Source: Octopus bimaculoides (Eukaryota). Taken from it: a stretch of DNA of 64,000 nt. A program made the translations under genes and the position numbers. Where the stretch lies: assembly GCF_001194135.2 (NCBI RefSeq), contig NC_068989.1:52882967-52946966 (forward strand). The letters run 5' to 3'. How positions within the stretch are numbered: position 1 is the first letter of the stretch; each line of letters begins with the position of its first letter. Below, piece by piece: positions 51,881 to 64,000 of this stretch. The notes under the pieces were generated by a model, which was not told the origin of the DNA, searched no databases, and saw only the letters and a list, made by a program, of their open reading frames with translations.

Positions 51881-54800
51881 ACTCGAAGCGACAAGTCGCG
51901 TATTTGGAGTGGAAAACTATTTATCAAAAATACGATGAATACTATCTCCAACTTTGGAGCCACAACTATCAGCCTCGTTAAATAACTAGTTAATCTTCAG
52001 ATGAATTAATTGAGGGAGCCTTTTATTCATGATTGTAAGGATGTTCGACTGAAATTTGAAATTAGCATGCAGTGAGTTACTATAAACGACATGGCTGGGC
52101 ACAACATCAACAACAACACAACCGAGGAACAGAAGGAAAACAATAGCTAAACAGGTAAAAAATTCTTTCTAGCTGTAGTTATAGAATAATCAGATATTAC
52201 AAAACTCATTTCTCTTGGAGTTATGAATTGAATACTGACCTGTTTAACTGCTAAAAAAAAGAGAAACAAAGCTATGCTGTTGGCTATGTGAATCGATTGG
52301 AATCATATTGGGACGATCTGCATCCAGAATTAAATCATTTTACTGCGAAGCAACTACGCCAACCAGCAACATTTGTAGAACATAGAAAGAAGGTTAGTAA
52401 CTGCAACTTTATTAAAAAATCGAAAATTAACCTTCTTCCCAGCTTTATAAACAAAAACGAAAACGTGAATGATGTTAGGCCACCAGCTGGTTTCGCAGCT
52501 AACGACATTCCTACAGATTCTATAGTGCCTGCCAGCTAAAGTATATTACTGACTCAAGTAACTGACCACTGTCCCCCTACTACGACTGTGGTAAATAGCA
52601 AGCACATCCGCAATGGTTATTGCAGTAGTAGTGATAGTCAGGATTATATACGGGTGAAATGTGCCCTTACTGAAATTAGTAAAGCCAAAAATAATTTTGG
52701 CTGCGAAATACTCTCTACCAAAGTAAGTAAAAAACCACCAGATACGGTATTAAAAGTTGTTAACGAAATTGGTGAGGAGTATTTACAGCAGTGTGATGAA
52801 CCCAGATTCTGGCAGATTAACGCATGTCTATATGTTCTAGCGGTTACTATTGCAAAGCAGTACATGAATGACATTCAAAAAGTAAACAAAACCGAAACAA
52901 CAAAGAAAGTACCGTCATGGGTTTTGAAGACAGAGAAAAAAGATAGCTGGTTTACGGAAGACCATCAGTTATGTAATGATACTTATTGCATGCAAACAAG
53001 CAAATCACTATACGTCCCACCAACAGAAAGTAAAGAAGGAGATAGAAATGATGTCTGGAGACACCAAACAGAGGACATTCACTTGCAAACTGATTACCAT
53101 CAAGCAGAAGCTAAAAGCCGTCAGTGAAAACTCCGACATCAGAACAGAATAACCGAGAGAACAATAAACAAAAAATTTAACCGCAACCAGGCAGCAGTAT
53201 ACAGAAACATGAGAGGAGAAGCAATGAACATCACAGAAGTTCCTTCATGAGAAGACATAGACACCTGAAGGAAGAAAATTTGGAATAAAGAGGAGTTTAA
53301 CCAAGACGCTCTGTGGCTGAAAGAAATCCGGAGAAGTTATTGCTCCTGCGTTATACACAAACATACAACATTGATGGTGAAACTCTTGCAACTGTGATCC
53401 AAAAACTCCAGGATGGAAAAACACCTGGAAGAGACTTGATTGTTGGATATTGGTACAAGAAGCTAACATTCTACTAACCATATCTTATCAATCTGTACCA
53501 GCAAGCTCTCAATGAGAACAGTAGCATACCACACTGGTTAGCTCTGGCAGAGACAAAATTGAATCCCAAATGCAGAACCATCTACATGGCAAAACCTACC
53601 GGCCAATTGCATGTCAGAACTTAATGTATAAGATATATATAGCATGCTTAAACCTCCTCCTCCAGGACCATTATGAAACCAATGACATCAACACAGTAGA
53701 ACAAGAAGCTGGGAAGAAGGGAGTCTGGCGATGTGCCGAGCAACTATTAATGAATAAAACTGTGATGTCAGAGGGGCGAGAACATAGGAGGAAACTAGTT
53801 TCAATGTGGCTTGACTACAAGAAAGCTTTTGCCTCTGTCCACCACTCATGGATGCTAGAAGCCCTTCAACTTGCTAAAGTTCCAGTGAGCATAGTCAAAT
53901 CCATAGCTGACCTAACTTCATCGTGGGGCACCATCCTGAAATTAAGCACAAAGAGTGACTCTGTTATCACTAATAGAATACAGTATCGCAAAGGCATATT
54001 CTAAGGGGACAACCTCTCTGTGATGTTGTTTATACTTTCTGTAAACCCATTGTCATTCATGTTAAAAAGAAGTCTGAATGTTATATAACTGATTCACAAG
54101 GAAACAGAAATACCAAAATTACACAGTTTCTTTGTGGATGACTTGAAATTTTATGCAAAGAATATCCATGAGGTGAAAAAGAATCTTGAGCTAGTTATAA
54201 CATTCTCAAAGGATGTAGGGTTAGAGTTTGGCCAGGACAAACGTTATGTGGTTGTGAAAAGGGTCAAAATTATAAACCAGACTAGCAACATCATCAATGA
54301 TTTGATTGTTTCCCCTATATCTGATGAGGAATGTTACAAGTATCTAAGGATATATGAAAATAGATCTTTCAATGACGCCTGTAACAAAACACGTGTCAAC
54401 AAAGAATATTAGAGCTGAACAAAGAAAATCTGGACCTCAGAACTCTCTGCATTCGATAAAACAGTGGCCCACAATTTGTTTGCAGTGCCAGTACTCATAC
54501 CAACATTTGGGCTACTTGATTGGACGCTTGATGAGATCCGAACCATTGATATGAAAACCTGGAAAATACTAACACGCACACATAATTTCCACATCAACAG
54601 TGACGTAGACAGCCTCCACCTAAAACGAAAACAAGGCGGCAGAGGCTTAACATCGATCCGAACTGCTTTGAATGTCGTATCATATCCCAAATGTTGAAGT
54701 GCATCCCTTGACCAAGTTTGCATACATGAGGCTGATAACATCATAAGACTTGGAAGGCAGCTCCTTGAGCAACACTCTTTGTCTGAGAACCTAGAGTACC

Positions 54801-55881
54801 TGACCAAAGACGTCGCACGACTCTTCCGCAAAGTTTCATTCGATGAAAGAATGGGCCTATATGAACAAAAGATAATGCATAGATATGTTAGTAGAAAACT
54901 CCGAGGTGATAGTAACATTGATCATCAAAGTAGTTTATAATGGACCAATAGTTGGATTACTACCTCCCATTTTGAAAGGAATGCGTTTGCAATCTAAGAA
55001 CAGGAAATATCAACCAAGTACCTGATGTACAAAAGGGACAACATAAGCAGTTGTCTGAAAATGTCATCACGATATTATCTACCAATGAGACATGACGTTG
55101 TAACTACGACACTCTATAATAAAATCGGTCGGAAGGATAATCTCGAGGACAAAGAAATAAGAACCTACACTATGGTAGAAGCCATAACCTCTCATAATAA
55201 AAAGGAGTACTGGTGGAATGTCCAAGTGTATTCCTCAGTAAAATGTGAGCACAACAGAGCTGATAAAATGATTTGGGATAGAGAAGAGAAATTGTATGCA
55301 GTTGTGGAAATTAGCTGCCCAACGGATGTTAACATAAGGCTGAAGATCAGTGAAAAAGTGAATACCTACGCTGAACTATTGAGAAATTTGCAGTTAATCT
55401 ATACAGATTACAAGTTCAGGTCTATACCTGTAATTATTGGAGCCCTGGGATGTGTTACACACCGCCTAAATACCAATCTTGAGAAATTAGGCTTCTCAAA
55501 ACTAGAAAGGAGAAAGTTAATTCGAAGACTACAGATCCAATCCATCACGGGAACTGTAAAATTCTGTAAAACCTTCCCGAAGTTTATCATTTAAATATAT
55601 ATGAGCATGTCTAGATATGCAACTATATACATGAGAATACATACATACATACAGGCATACATACATACATACATGCATACATACATACATACATGCATAC
55701 AAACAAACATACATACATACATACGTACGTACGTACGTACATACATACATACATACATACATACATACATACATACATACCCTGTTGTCGATGTTGAAAT
55801 TCCAATGAAGGAACCTTGGATCTAGGTTAAAACCGACTCTATCACTTTTGGCAAGAGATCTTGTAAAAAAACTGAACAATG
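51881..55881 (+). mobile_element. Near full-length, decayed R4-like RLE LINE flanked by (CATA)n at both ends
   Basis: N-terminal RLESYWDDLHPELNHFTAKQLRQ. RT: TPGRDLIVGYWYKKL, YRPIACQNLMYKIY, EQLLMNK, WLDYKKAFASVHHSW, RKGIF*GDNLS, FVDDLKFY. RLE: MRHDVV...YWWNVQV...EHNRADKMIWD...VVEISCP...EKVNTY...IPVIIGALG. Stop at 55594. The 3' UTR contains (CATA)n at ~55635-55780 and a terminal 101-nt unique block 55781-55881, followed again by (CATA)n. The 5' flank 51822-51880 is (CATA)n. Confidence 0.93.
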
Positions 55882-56229
55882 ACATACATACATACATACA
55901 TACATACATACATACATAAGCACGTTTGCACGCACATACCCACATGGCATACTTATATTTGTACTTGTGTGTGTGTGCGTATGTATGTATGTATCTATGT
56001 ATGTATGTATGTGCGTATGCATGTATATATGTATCTGTCTATGTGCGCTAGTTGCTATTTTATAGTGTGACGTCACATAAAATGATTATGGAGAAATGAC
56101 CGTAGCAATCTGTTTGAATGCCACTTGAAATCGCAGCATTTTCACTTATAAATCTCTTGAGACAAACGAACATCTTAGTATGCCATTGTGATTTCTTTCT
56201 GATTCTCAGCAGTCAGTCGTACATAGGAA

Positions 56230-56271
<42 letters not shown>

Positions 56272-56490
56272 TCTGTGTGTGTGTATGTGTGTGTGTGATG
56301 TGGCAAGATGCTAACTGGTATTATCAGCATGTTTATGTTTATTGTAGTCTGCGTGGAGTATATGTGTGCACTTGCACGTGCGGTGTGTGTATATATATAT
56401 GTGCGTGGGCGGCATCCTTGAAACTGTGTGTGGAGATGTACATATGTATTTGCTGACACACGCACTTCCTTTTATGCCAATTTTCTTCAC

Positions 56491-56534
<44 letters not shown>

Positions 56535-56784
56535 GCACACACATGTATATGTATAAATTTNNNNNNNNNNTATAAATTTACATACATAATGTATACTCAC
56601 ACACACACACATGTATATACATACGTACATATATACATACATACACACATACAGACACACACTCCGGCACACTCGCGCCATCAAACAGTCAGACAAAGCC
56701 AACAATTAGCAAATCTTTGAAGGCAACGTCAACTTCTTCGTTGCTAAAATAAGCGTGACATGCTAATATGTTGAGTCCTTCGCG

Positions 56785-57090
56785 AAGGCACGTGACATAA
56801 TGGTTAAGATTTGCGGCTCACGATCTTGCGACAGATTCCCTGGCGGCGCGTTGTGTCTCTTCAGCAAGACATTTTATTCCTCGTTTTTCCACATTGTTCC
56901 AGTCCACTCAGCTGGCAAAAATGAGTTGTACCTGTAATTCAAGGGGTCAGTCTTACCACATTCTGTGTCACACTCAATGTCCCTGAGAACTACGTGAAGT
57001 GCTCAGCCACTAATCTGTTAATTTCACGAGCAGGCTGTTCCGTTGATCGGATCAACTAGAGCACTTGTCGCCGTAACCGACGGAGTGCCA
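56785..57090 (+). mobile_element. SINE family B (tRNA head, CORE-like segment), full length
   Basis: AAGGCACGTGACATAATGGTTAAG head; GCGTTGTGTCTCTTCAGCAAGACATTTT...GTTCCAGTCCACTCAGCTGGCAAAAATGAGT; 3' end TTAATTTCACGAGCAGGCTGTTCCGTTGATCGG...CGTAACCGACGGAGTGCC. Confidence 0.9.
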
Positions 57091-57684
57091 AAATGATCCT
57101 TCAATTAATTATTCACTTTTTTATATAAAGTATGCATAAAACCAGATTTATAACACACACATACACACACACACATACATATACATACATATATATTTAC
57201 ACACACATACATACATACATACATAAATACATGCATACACGCATACATGCATGTACATATATATATACGTATGAATTCTATGTGTGTGTAGTTTGAAGTG
57301 TGCTTGCGTGGCTGTCCTATACATGCGAGGTGTGTATCTGTTTGTGTACCTGTGTGTGCTTGCGTGCTTACCTGTATATGAATGCGTTGGCAAACCGTTA
57401 TATTATCACTGAAGAATTTTATCTAAAATAGTAATGTATAAATAATTCTCCCATGGAGCTTGATGGTTGTCAACGAGTTTATTTCTACTTCACTTTGTTA
57501 TCAGTGATACCATATGTACTGCAGTATCAAAGGAATTGCTTCATTCAGAATTCAAAACTAATTTAGAGTTAACTTATTAGCATTAGTATATTTAATAGAC
57601 CATGAACTGCTGATTTCTGCGTTCAATCCCCATCATCTTCATACCGTGTTATGTATTGTTGATTCATGTTTTTAAATATAACTG

Positions 57685-58570
57685 TACAGGTTCTACTTTC
57701 AAATTCCACCGAGATCGTCTTTGCTTTTATTCTTTTGTGATCGATAAATAAATACCAGTTGAGCCCTGAAGGTCGACGTAATCGACGCCATTCCCCCTCC
57801 CCCGAACTTGCTGACTTTGTGCCAAAATTCGAAGGAGTGCATCCATCACCCGCTTCTGGGGCGGCAGAAGAGAGAATCATAACCGTACCTACAAGCCCAG
57901 CTTCTAAGTTCAAATTCCGACTTTGCCTTTTATCCTCTCGAGGTCTATAAAAAAAAGCACCGGGAGGATCGATGTAATCGATTCACCCACTTCCCTGGAC
58001 TTGCTGGCCTTCTGCCAAATTTTGAAACCACTATAACTATACAGATTCTAAGTTCAAGTTCTGTTGAGGTCGACTGTGTCGTTTATCCTTTCGGAGTCGA
58101 TAGAATAAGTACCAGTTGTGCACTGGGGATCGAGGTAACCGACTTACCCTCTCCCCCCGAGCTTGCTGGCCTTGTACAAAAATTTGAAATCAGCAAAACT
58201 ATGCAAGAAGGCGACGAGCAGGAAGAATCGTTACCGCACCGGGGAAAATGCTTAGCGGTATTTCGTCTGCCGTTACGTTCTGAGTTCAAATTCCGCCGAG
58301 GTCGACTTTGCCTTTCATCCTTTCGGGGTCGATGAATTAAGTAGCAGTTACGCACTGGGGTCAATATAATCGACTTAATCCGTTTGTCTGTCTTTGTTTA
58401 TCCCCTCTCTATGTAGCCCCTTGTGGGCAGTAAAGAAATAGGTATTTCTTCCGACTTTACGTTCTGAGTTCGAATTCAGTGGAGGTTGATTTTGCTTTAA
58501 TCCTTTCAGGGTCGGTAAAATAAATACTAGCTGAACACTGGGATCAATGCCCCGAATTTTCTGGCATTTG
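57685..58570 (+). mobile_element. Head-to-tail array of five SINE family A copies
   Basis: Repeated GTTCAAATTCC...GTCGACTTTGC...TCGATAAA..AAGTACCAGTT...CTGGGG.TCGA.GTAATCGAC units at ~57685, 57862, 58040, 58207 (best preserved) and 58441. Confidence 0.85.
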
Positions 58571-58578
58571 CCATTGCC

Positions 58579-58850
58579 CCGAACGATCAACGGAACAGCC
58601 TGCCCGTGAAATTAACGTGCAAGTAACTGAGCACTCGACATATACGTGTACCTTTAACGGAATTTTCAGGGAGATTCAGAATGTGACACGGCTGGCCCTT
58701 TGAAATACAGGTACTACTCATTTTTGCCAGCTGAGAGGACTGGAGCAACGTAAAATAAAGTGTCTTGCTCAAGGACACAACGCATCGCCGAGAATTGAAC
58801 TCACGACCTTATGATCGTAAGACGAATAGACTAACTACTAAGCCACGTGC
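58579..58850 (-). mobile_element. SINE family B
   Basis: Reverse complement of the 56785-57090 type, with B-box GAGTTCAATTCTCGG. Confidence 0.9.
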
Positions 58851-59638
58851 GTTCACATAAAGCTGATTTATAGGAATATTAAATCGACTCCAGGGCTTCG
58901 TTGGCACTTTGTTTTATCGATCCTAGAATGTTAAATAAATATCAAAGATATCCTACGAAGGATTTGAAACTCATAACATAAATAAACGTAACTAAATACA
59001 AGAAGGCTTTTGATCCAAAACTGTTATTTATCGATTATCGATTCCGATATCCGCCATCTTGGTGACATTTGTTTTTTTCATTTCTCTTATCTTAGATGCT
59101 TGAGACATTTAATTGAGCTTTTAAAAAATAAAACTAGATCGAAAAGTACGAAACCTTAAACAGATGAAAAAAATTGATATTTATTAGTTTATAATCAATT
59201 TGTTAATAGCAATAGAAGAACTGCCTCCATGGACTTTTGAAACTCCTTTTCTTTCTGTTTTTTTACACCTGGCGACAGAAAGTTGGGAGCGAAATATTGA
59301 AATATTATAGACATGAGATTTTTGATAACTTACTAACCTAGCAGACAACTTTCAGTAGTGAACAATTCTTTCAAAACAAGCTAACCATTAATTAACGGTC
59401 TCTATAGTTTGGAATTGAATTTTTCTTCTTCAAGCGGCTGCAACCAAGTTATGTTTCCTCACGCTATGCTACGAAAGTTTCCAATTAGCTTTCGTAGGTT
59501 GAAATTACATAAGAATATTTCAACTTTTAAAGCTAGTCTAATCAATAAAAATCACAAGTGTTCCTAGTGTATCGTTGAAAGGATCTATTATTTTTTTAAA
59601 TATATTTTGCCTTTTATATATATCTCTAAAAACAATGT

Positions 59639-59940
59639 GGCGAGCTGGCAGAACCGTTAGCACTCCAAATAACAATACTTAGCAGCATTTCATGTCTTTA
59701 CGAGGTGAGTTCAAATGAGGCTGAGGTCGACTTTGCCTCTCATCCTTACGGAGTTTATAAAATAGCAATCTAGTCAAGTACTAGGGGTGATATAATTGAC
59801 TAGTTTCTTCCCCCAAAATTTCAGGTCTATTAGAAAAAACATTTTCGTTGAAATGCAACATTCTGAGTTCAAATCCGCAAATAGGTCATTTTTTACATTC
59901 ATCTTTCTAGAATCGATAAAATAAAGTATCAGTCAGGACC
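59639..59940 (+). mobile_element. Two tandem SINE family A copies
   Basis: GGCGAGCTGGCAGAACCGTTAGCAC...GAGTTCAAAT...GAGGTCGACTTTGCC, followed by a second CATTCTGAGTTCAAATCCG...TCGATAAAATAAAGTATCAGT unit. Confidence 0.78.
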
Positions 59941-60337
59941 TGAAACTTTATTATAATCTTATAATCAGCCAAGATATGAATGAAATTATAATGGAAGCAA
60001 CTGAGTCACTGAATAGTTTAGCGAAGAAAATAAAATTAAAGTAGTAAAGATAGTATTAAACAGAGGCATGAAATGGGGCCCTGTGAAGTTCTTGGTCTTT
60101 CCAAGAGTTTTAGACTGTTTATGAAATGAAATGCATTCAAAGTAAATTTAGTTAGCTTTAACTGAATTCGAAACTAGATCGAATACTCGACTAGCTAAAA
60201 TTGCAGATGTGGCCTAAATGACAGAGGGCCATATTAGAGGAAATGGAGTTTAGCTACATCGCACTACCTTCTGTCTTTAGTATCCAGTCGGGGATCATTT
60301 TGCCTTTTCTCCTTCCGATATCAATAAAGGGTATGCT

Positions 60338-60488
60338 CGAGCATGGCTGTGTGACTAAGAAATTCGCTTCTCAATTACGTTCCAGGCTTAAAACCACTGT
60401 GCAGTACCGTGGTCTTCTATTATGGCCTCGAATTGATTAAATGTTTATGCGTGAAGTTTGATGGATGGAAACTGTGTGGAGGACCGTC
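60338..60488 (+). mobile_element. Diverged SINE family C 5' half
   Basis: GCATGGCTGTGTGACTAAGAAATTCGCTTC...CCACTGTG...GTCTTCTATTATGGCCTCG...GATGGAAACTG. Confidence 0.6.
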
Positions 60489-60664
60489 GGATAAGCCTTT
60501 ACCGTTTTGATAAACTTAATTGCCGTCCGATGTAACACCCCACCCTTTATACTAGAGTACCACTTTCTGATCACAGTTTTGAAAGCTCTGAAAATGGTCG
60601 TGGGTATCACCCTTCTCCCCTAATGAAGTCATTAAAAAAGGTAAGCATCATTAGAGTAGCAGAT

Positions 60665-60900
60665 GACAGATTCACAGAGTCTGATAGAGCGTCAGACAAA
60701 AAGCGTTATGATTTTAGTTCCGAATCTCTACTCTCTGAGTTCAAATCTCTCCGAGGTTAACTTTGGCTTTCATTCTTTCGGAATTGATGAAAAATATCAA
60801 TGAAAGGGAGTGGGTTAGTGGAACTTTTAGGATGTCCGACCGAATGCCTTGCAGTATTTGTTCCAGGTTTTTACGTTCAGAGTTCAAATCCTGCCATGGC
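60665..60900 (+). mobile_element. Two diverged SINE family A-like heads in tandem
   Basis: CTCTGAGTTCAAATCTCTCCGAGGTTAACTTTGGCTTTCATTCTTTCGG and TTACGTTCAGAGTTCAAATCCTGCC. Confidence 0.6.
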
Positions 60901-62789
60901 CTACTTGAAGAATTAGTGAGAATATATGTTCAGTATCAAGTATTGAAATGGCTGCGTGTATATTATTAGAAGAATTATTACAGAGAAGAAATTTAAGAAC
61001 TATATATTTACTACATAAAAATATTTTTTATTCATTGGTTGTCGATGAAACATAATCAAAATGTAGAATCTAGTTAAATGAAGTAATCTATGCAAGAAAG
61101 TTCAGAAATGTAGAAGTAACAGCTAAGTTGTCGTTTTCAGTCATGTGGCATAGAGAAATAAACAAGCATAGCAAAGTCGTGAATGGCTCAGAGTCTAGTC
61201 GACTAAGAAACAAAGAGCAGGGCAAGCAAGCTGTTTTTATTAATAGAACGCTAGACATTCCAGAAACTTCCAAGAGAATCGCGAAGATTCTTGAATAATT
61301 AAGAATAATACTTCTGGCGTAGATGTTTCGAGAAACCTATTGAAAGGAGATAACTCTATAAAACTTTCTGCAAGATAGATCATTCAACTATTTTAGCTAC
61401 AGACTACAAACTACTACAAAGACTTAACCCATCGTTCAGTTTAACACAATCGCTTGACATATTCAGTACTTTTAAAGGAGTTCACTCTGTTACAAGCCTT
61501 CGGGGCAGATTTCTGGTTTGAGGATACCTTCTTCTTTACTTCCCACTAGTCTCCATGGGCCTCTAACGGGTCATGGGCAATGCCTTCCTTCCTGACTGAA
61601 AGATAAAAAGCAAATTCAATTTATTATACGAATACTGCTTTATCACAGCGTGTATTATTTTGACAACGTGAGAANNNNNNNNNNNNNNNNNNNNNNNNNN
61701 NNNNNNNNNNNNNNNNNNNNNNNNNNNNNNNNNNNNNNNNNNNNNNNNNNNNNNNNNNNNNNNNNNNNNNNNNNNNNNNNNNNNNNNNNNNNNNNNNNNN
61801 NNNNNNNNNNNNNNNNNNNNNNNNNNNNNNNNNNNNNNNNNNNNNNNNNNNNNNNNNNNNNNNNNNNNNNNNNNNNNNNNNNNCCTTGTTAAAAAAATAT
61901 TTATTTATTTATTATAATTGATTGATTTATCTGTTATTTTAGAAAAATGTTAAAAGGAAAAAAATCAATTAAGTTATCAATAATATCAAATATTATTGGT
62001 CATATCGATTGCAAGACATCAAATAAATATTGAAAAATAATAATCACTTAAATATGAATTTAGCTTCCTTTTTCTTTATTTCTTTTCTCTTTTTTTACGC
62101 GAACGATCTGATGACTTTTATTACTGCAGCTCTGACTTTGTTCTCTAATTATTACTTTTTGGAATAAAAAAATGGCTGCAAAAATGTTTTCCTATTATTG
62201 GTTTACAGAATTAAATGTATTCCATAACGATCAGAATTCAGACAGAACTTAAAAGAAACGATGTTCAGATGCTCCCCACTAGCAGATGAGATATTTTCCT
62301 TCTATATGTAGGTTAACTGGTGCACACATTTGATAAATGCTTCTGACAGCTTTTCTTTTCTTTTAGTAATTTTTATCAGATAAAGATTATCACTTTAAAA
62401 GTAGATTCTAATTACTCCATAAAATATTGCTGAAAATCAACGTGCCACTTCCTGAAAGTGGATTGGCTGAGATGGACATGCGCAATATTTTGATGTTTTG
62501 TCCTCTAGATTATCAGCATAAATATTGTTTTTATTCCTACGAAATTCAACTGCATTTAAGGAAGATGTGGACATAAAAAAAGAGATACAATTTCTCTGGT
62601 AAGAACGTAAAACCGGAAATATAACTGCAAGCACAAACTCATGAGGCAAACCTAATATCCTTACATACATGTTTGAGCCTACGTGCGATGTGAATTTGTA
62701 CAAGTTGTGTTTCTGTGTCTAGTGGTGAATCTGTAGGACAGTGGTTTTCAGAATTTGTTTACCTGGATTCCTTAATGCTATCAAAAAGG

Positions 62790-63495
62790 ATAGAAGGCAT
62801 TTTCTCCGAAAAGCTAACGATTCTGCCAACTCATTATCTTATTTTTAGCCATCAGAATAATCCTTTCTACTACAGTACAACGCCAGCAATTTTGAGGGAT
62901 TGGCATGTTGATTACATCGAACCCAGTGTTCAACTGGTACTCATTTATCTACCTCGAAAGGGTGAAGACAAAGTCATCCTCGGTAGAATTGGAACTCAGA
63001 ACATAAAGACGGAAGAAATACGGCTCAGTATTTTGTCCGACGTACTAACGATTCTGTCAGTTCACTGCATTATTTTTTAGTCATAATAGTAATAATTTTT
63101 TTCAAATATAAACACTAGGCCAGCTGTTTTATGAAGTATAGACGTTACACTATCGACTCCATTACTTGACTGGTCTTTTATGGTATCAACCTCGAAAGAA
63201 TAATTGATAAAGTTGACTTCGACGGGATTTCAACACAGAATGTACCAGCTAGTACAAATATTATAAAGCATTTTTTCCAGATACTGCCAACCCACCGCCC
63301 TAACAATAATAATAATTATTATTTCAACTGGAAGCAGAAGGCCTCAAATTTAGGGGAAGGGATTAAGTCGATTACATCGATCCCAGAGCGTAACTGTTAC
63401 TTAATTTAATCGACACCAAAAGAATGAAAGGCAAAGTCGACCACAGCGGATTCTGAACTCAGAACGTAGCGGCAGACGAAATACCGCTAAGCATT
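62790..63495 (-). mobile_element. Cluster of about four co-oriented SINE family A copies or fragments
   Basis: Units at ~62790-62833, 62880-63067, 63150-63300 and 63340-63495 each carry ACTGGTACT..TTTATCGAC...GAAAGG..GAA.GGCAAAGTCGAC and/or CTAACGATTCTG(C/T)CA. Confidence 0.8.
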
Positions 63496-63627
63496 AATAA
63501 TAATATAATAATAATAATAATAATAATATTATAATAATAATAATTATAATAATAATAATAATAATTATTATTATAATTATCAATAATAATTATAATAATA
63601 ATAATAATTATTATTATAATAATAATA

Positions 63628-63661
<34 letters not shown>

Positions 63662-63746
63662 TTGTTGTCTCTTGAGGTCTCTGGGTGAGACTTGGATCCA
63701 ACTCGTACAAATGCAAAACAAAAGTCAAACATAAAATAATAATAAT

Positions 63747-63785
<39 letters not shown>
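63496..63785. repeat. (TAA)n/(CAA)n microsatellite containing a 71-bp R4-like LINE 3' terminus (63661-63731, + strand)
   Basis: CTTGTTGTCTCTTGAGGTCTCTGGGTGAGACTTGGATCCAACTCGTACAAATGCAAAACAAAAGTCAAACA is close to the reverse complement of 541-611, the terminal 3' UTR of the LINE at 470-1405. Confidence 0.88.
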
Positions 63786-63996
63786 CCTTTTTATTGTAGG
63801 AATAAGGCCTGATACTTGTGGTGGGGGCTAGATGATTACATTGACCCCAGTGTTTCACTGGTACTTAATTCATCGAGCCCGAAAGGATGAAAGGCAAAGT
63901 CACCTCAGCGGAATTTCAATTTAGAACATAGCGGAGGACGAAATACCGCTAAGCATTTCCTCCAGCATACTAATGATTCTGCTAGCTCACCGCCTT
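63786..63996 (-). mobile_element. SINE family A, full length
   Basis: CCCCAGTGTTTCACTGGTACTTAATTCATCGAGCCCGAAAGGATGAAAGGCAAAGTC...GAAATACCGCTAAGCATTTC...GATTCTGCTAGCTCACCGCCTT. Confidence 0.9.
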
Positions 63997-64000
63997 CATA

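Noticed and set aside
58207-58320. tRNA-like A and B boxes (also present in families B and C)
   Set aside because: These are SINE heads: they cannot be folded into a full cloverleaf and are continuous with SINE bodies, so they are not tRNA genes.
59051-59060. YY1-like motif CCGCCATCTT
   Set aside because: It is a single short motif, with no CpG-rich promoter context or linked ORF.
60550-60640. Candidate + strand exon VPLSDHSFESSENGRGYHPSPLMKSLKK with donor AAG|GTAAGC
   Set aside because: It has no clear polypyrimidine acceptor, lies between SINE remnants and shows no homology I recognise.

Overview
AT-rich, microsatellite-dense eukaryotic genomic DNA with about 15 assembly gaps (N-runs). 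The SINE families and repeat landscape look like an Octopus (cephalopod) draft genome; this is my recognition, not a database result. No intact protein-coding gene, rRNA, tRNA gene or CRISPR array is supportable, so the window is intergenic or intronic, with at most one weak candidate exon. Almost all recognisable content is decayed transposable elements. These are: at least eight pieces of single-ORF, restriction-like-endonuclease (RLE) non-LTR retrotransposons of R4/Dong type, two near full length; three RTE LINE fragments; an L1/Tx1 fragment; a Penelope-like endonuclease tail; a Tigger/pogo relic; Helitron helicase fragments; one TIR-complete mariner; and more than 25 copies of three tRNA-derived SINE families (here called A, B, C). 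The best candidate system is a pair of microsatellite-associated R4-like LINE groups. One is tied to (TAA)n arrays. The other is flanked by (CATA)n at both ends and has a second, short copy with the same 5' junction in a (CATA)n array. An RTE copy shows a twin-priming-like 5' inversion with a 26-bp breakpoint duplication. Most long ORFs in the supplied track are microsatellite or N-gap artefacts. Boundaries of decayed elements are approximate (tens of bp).
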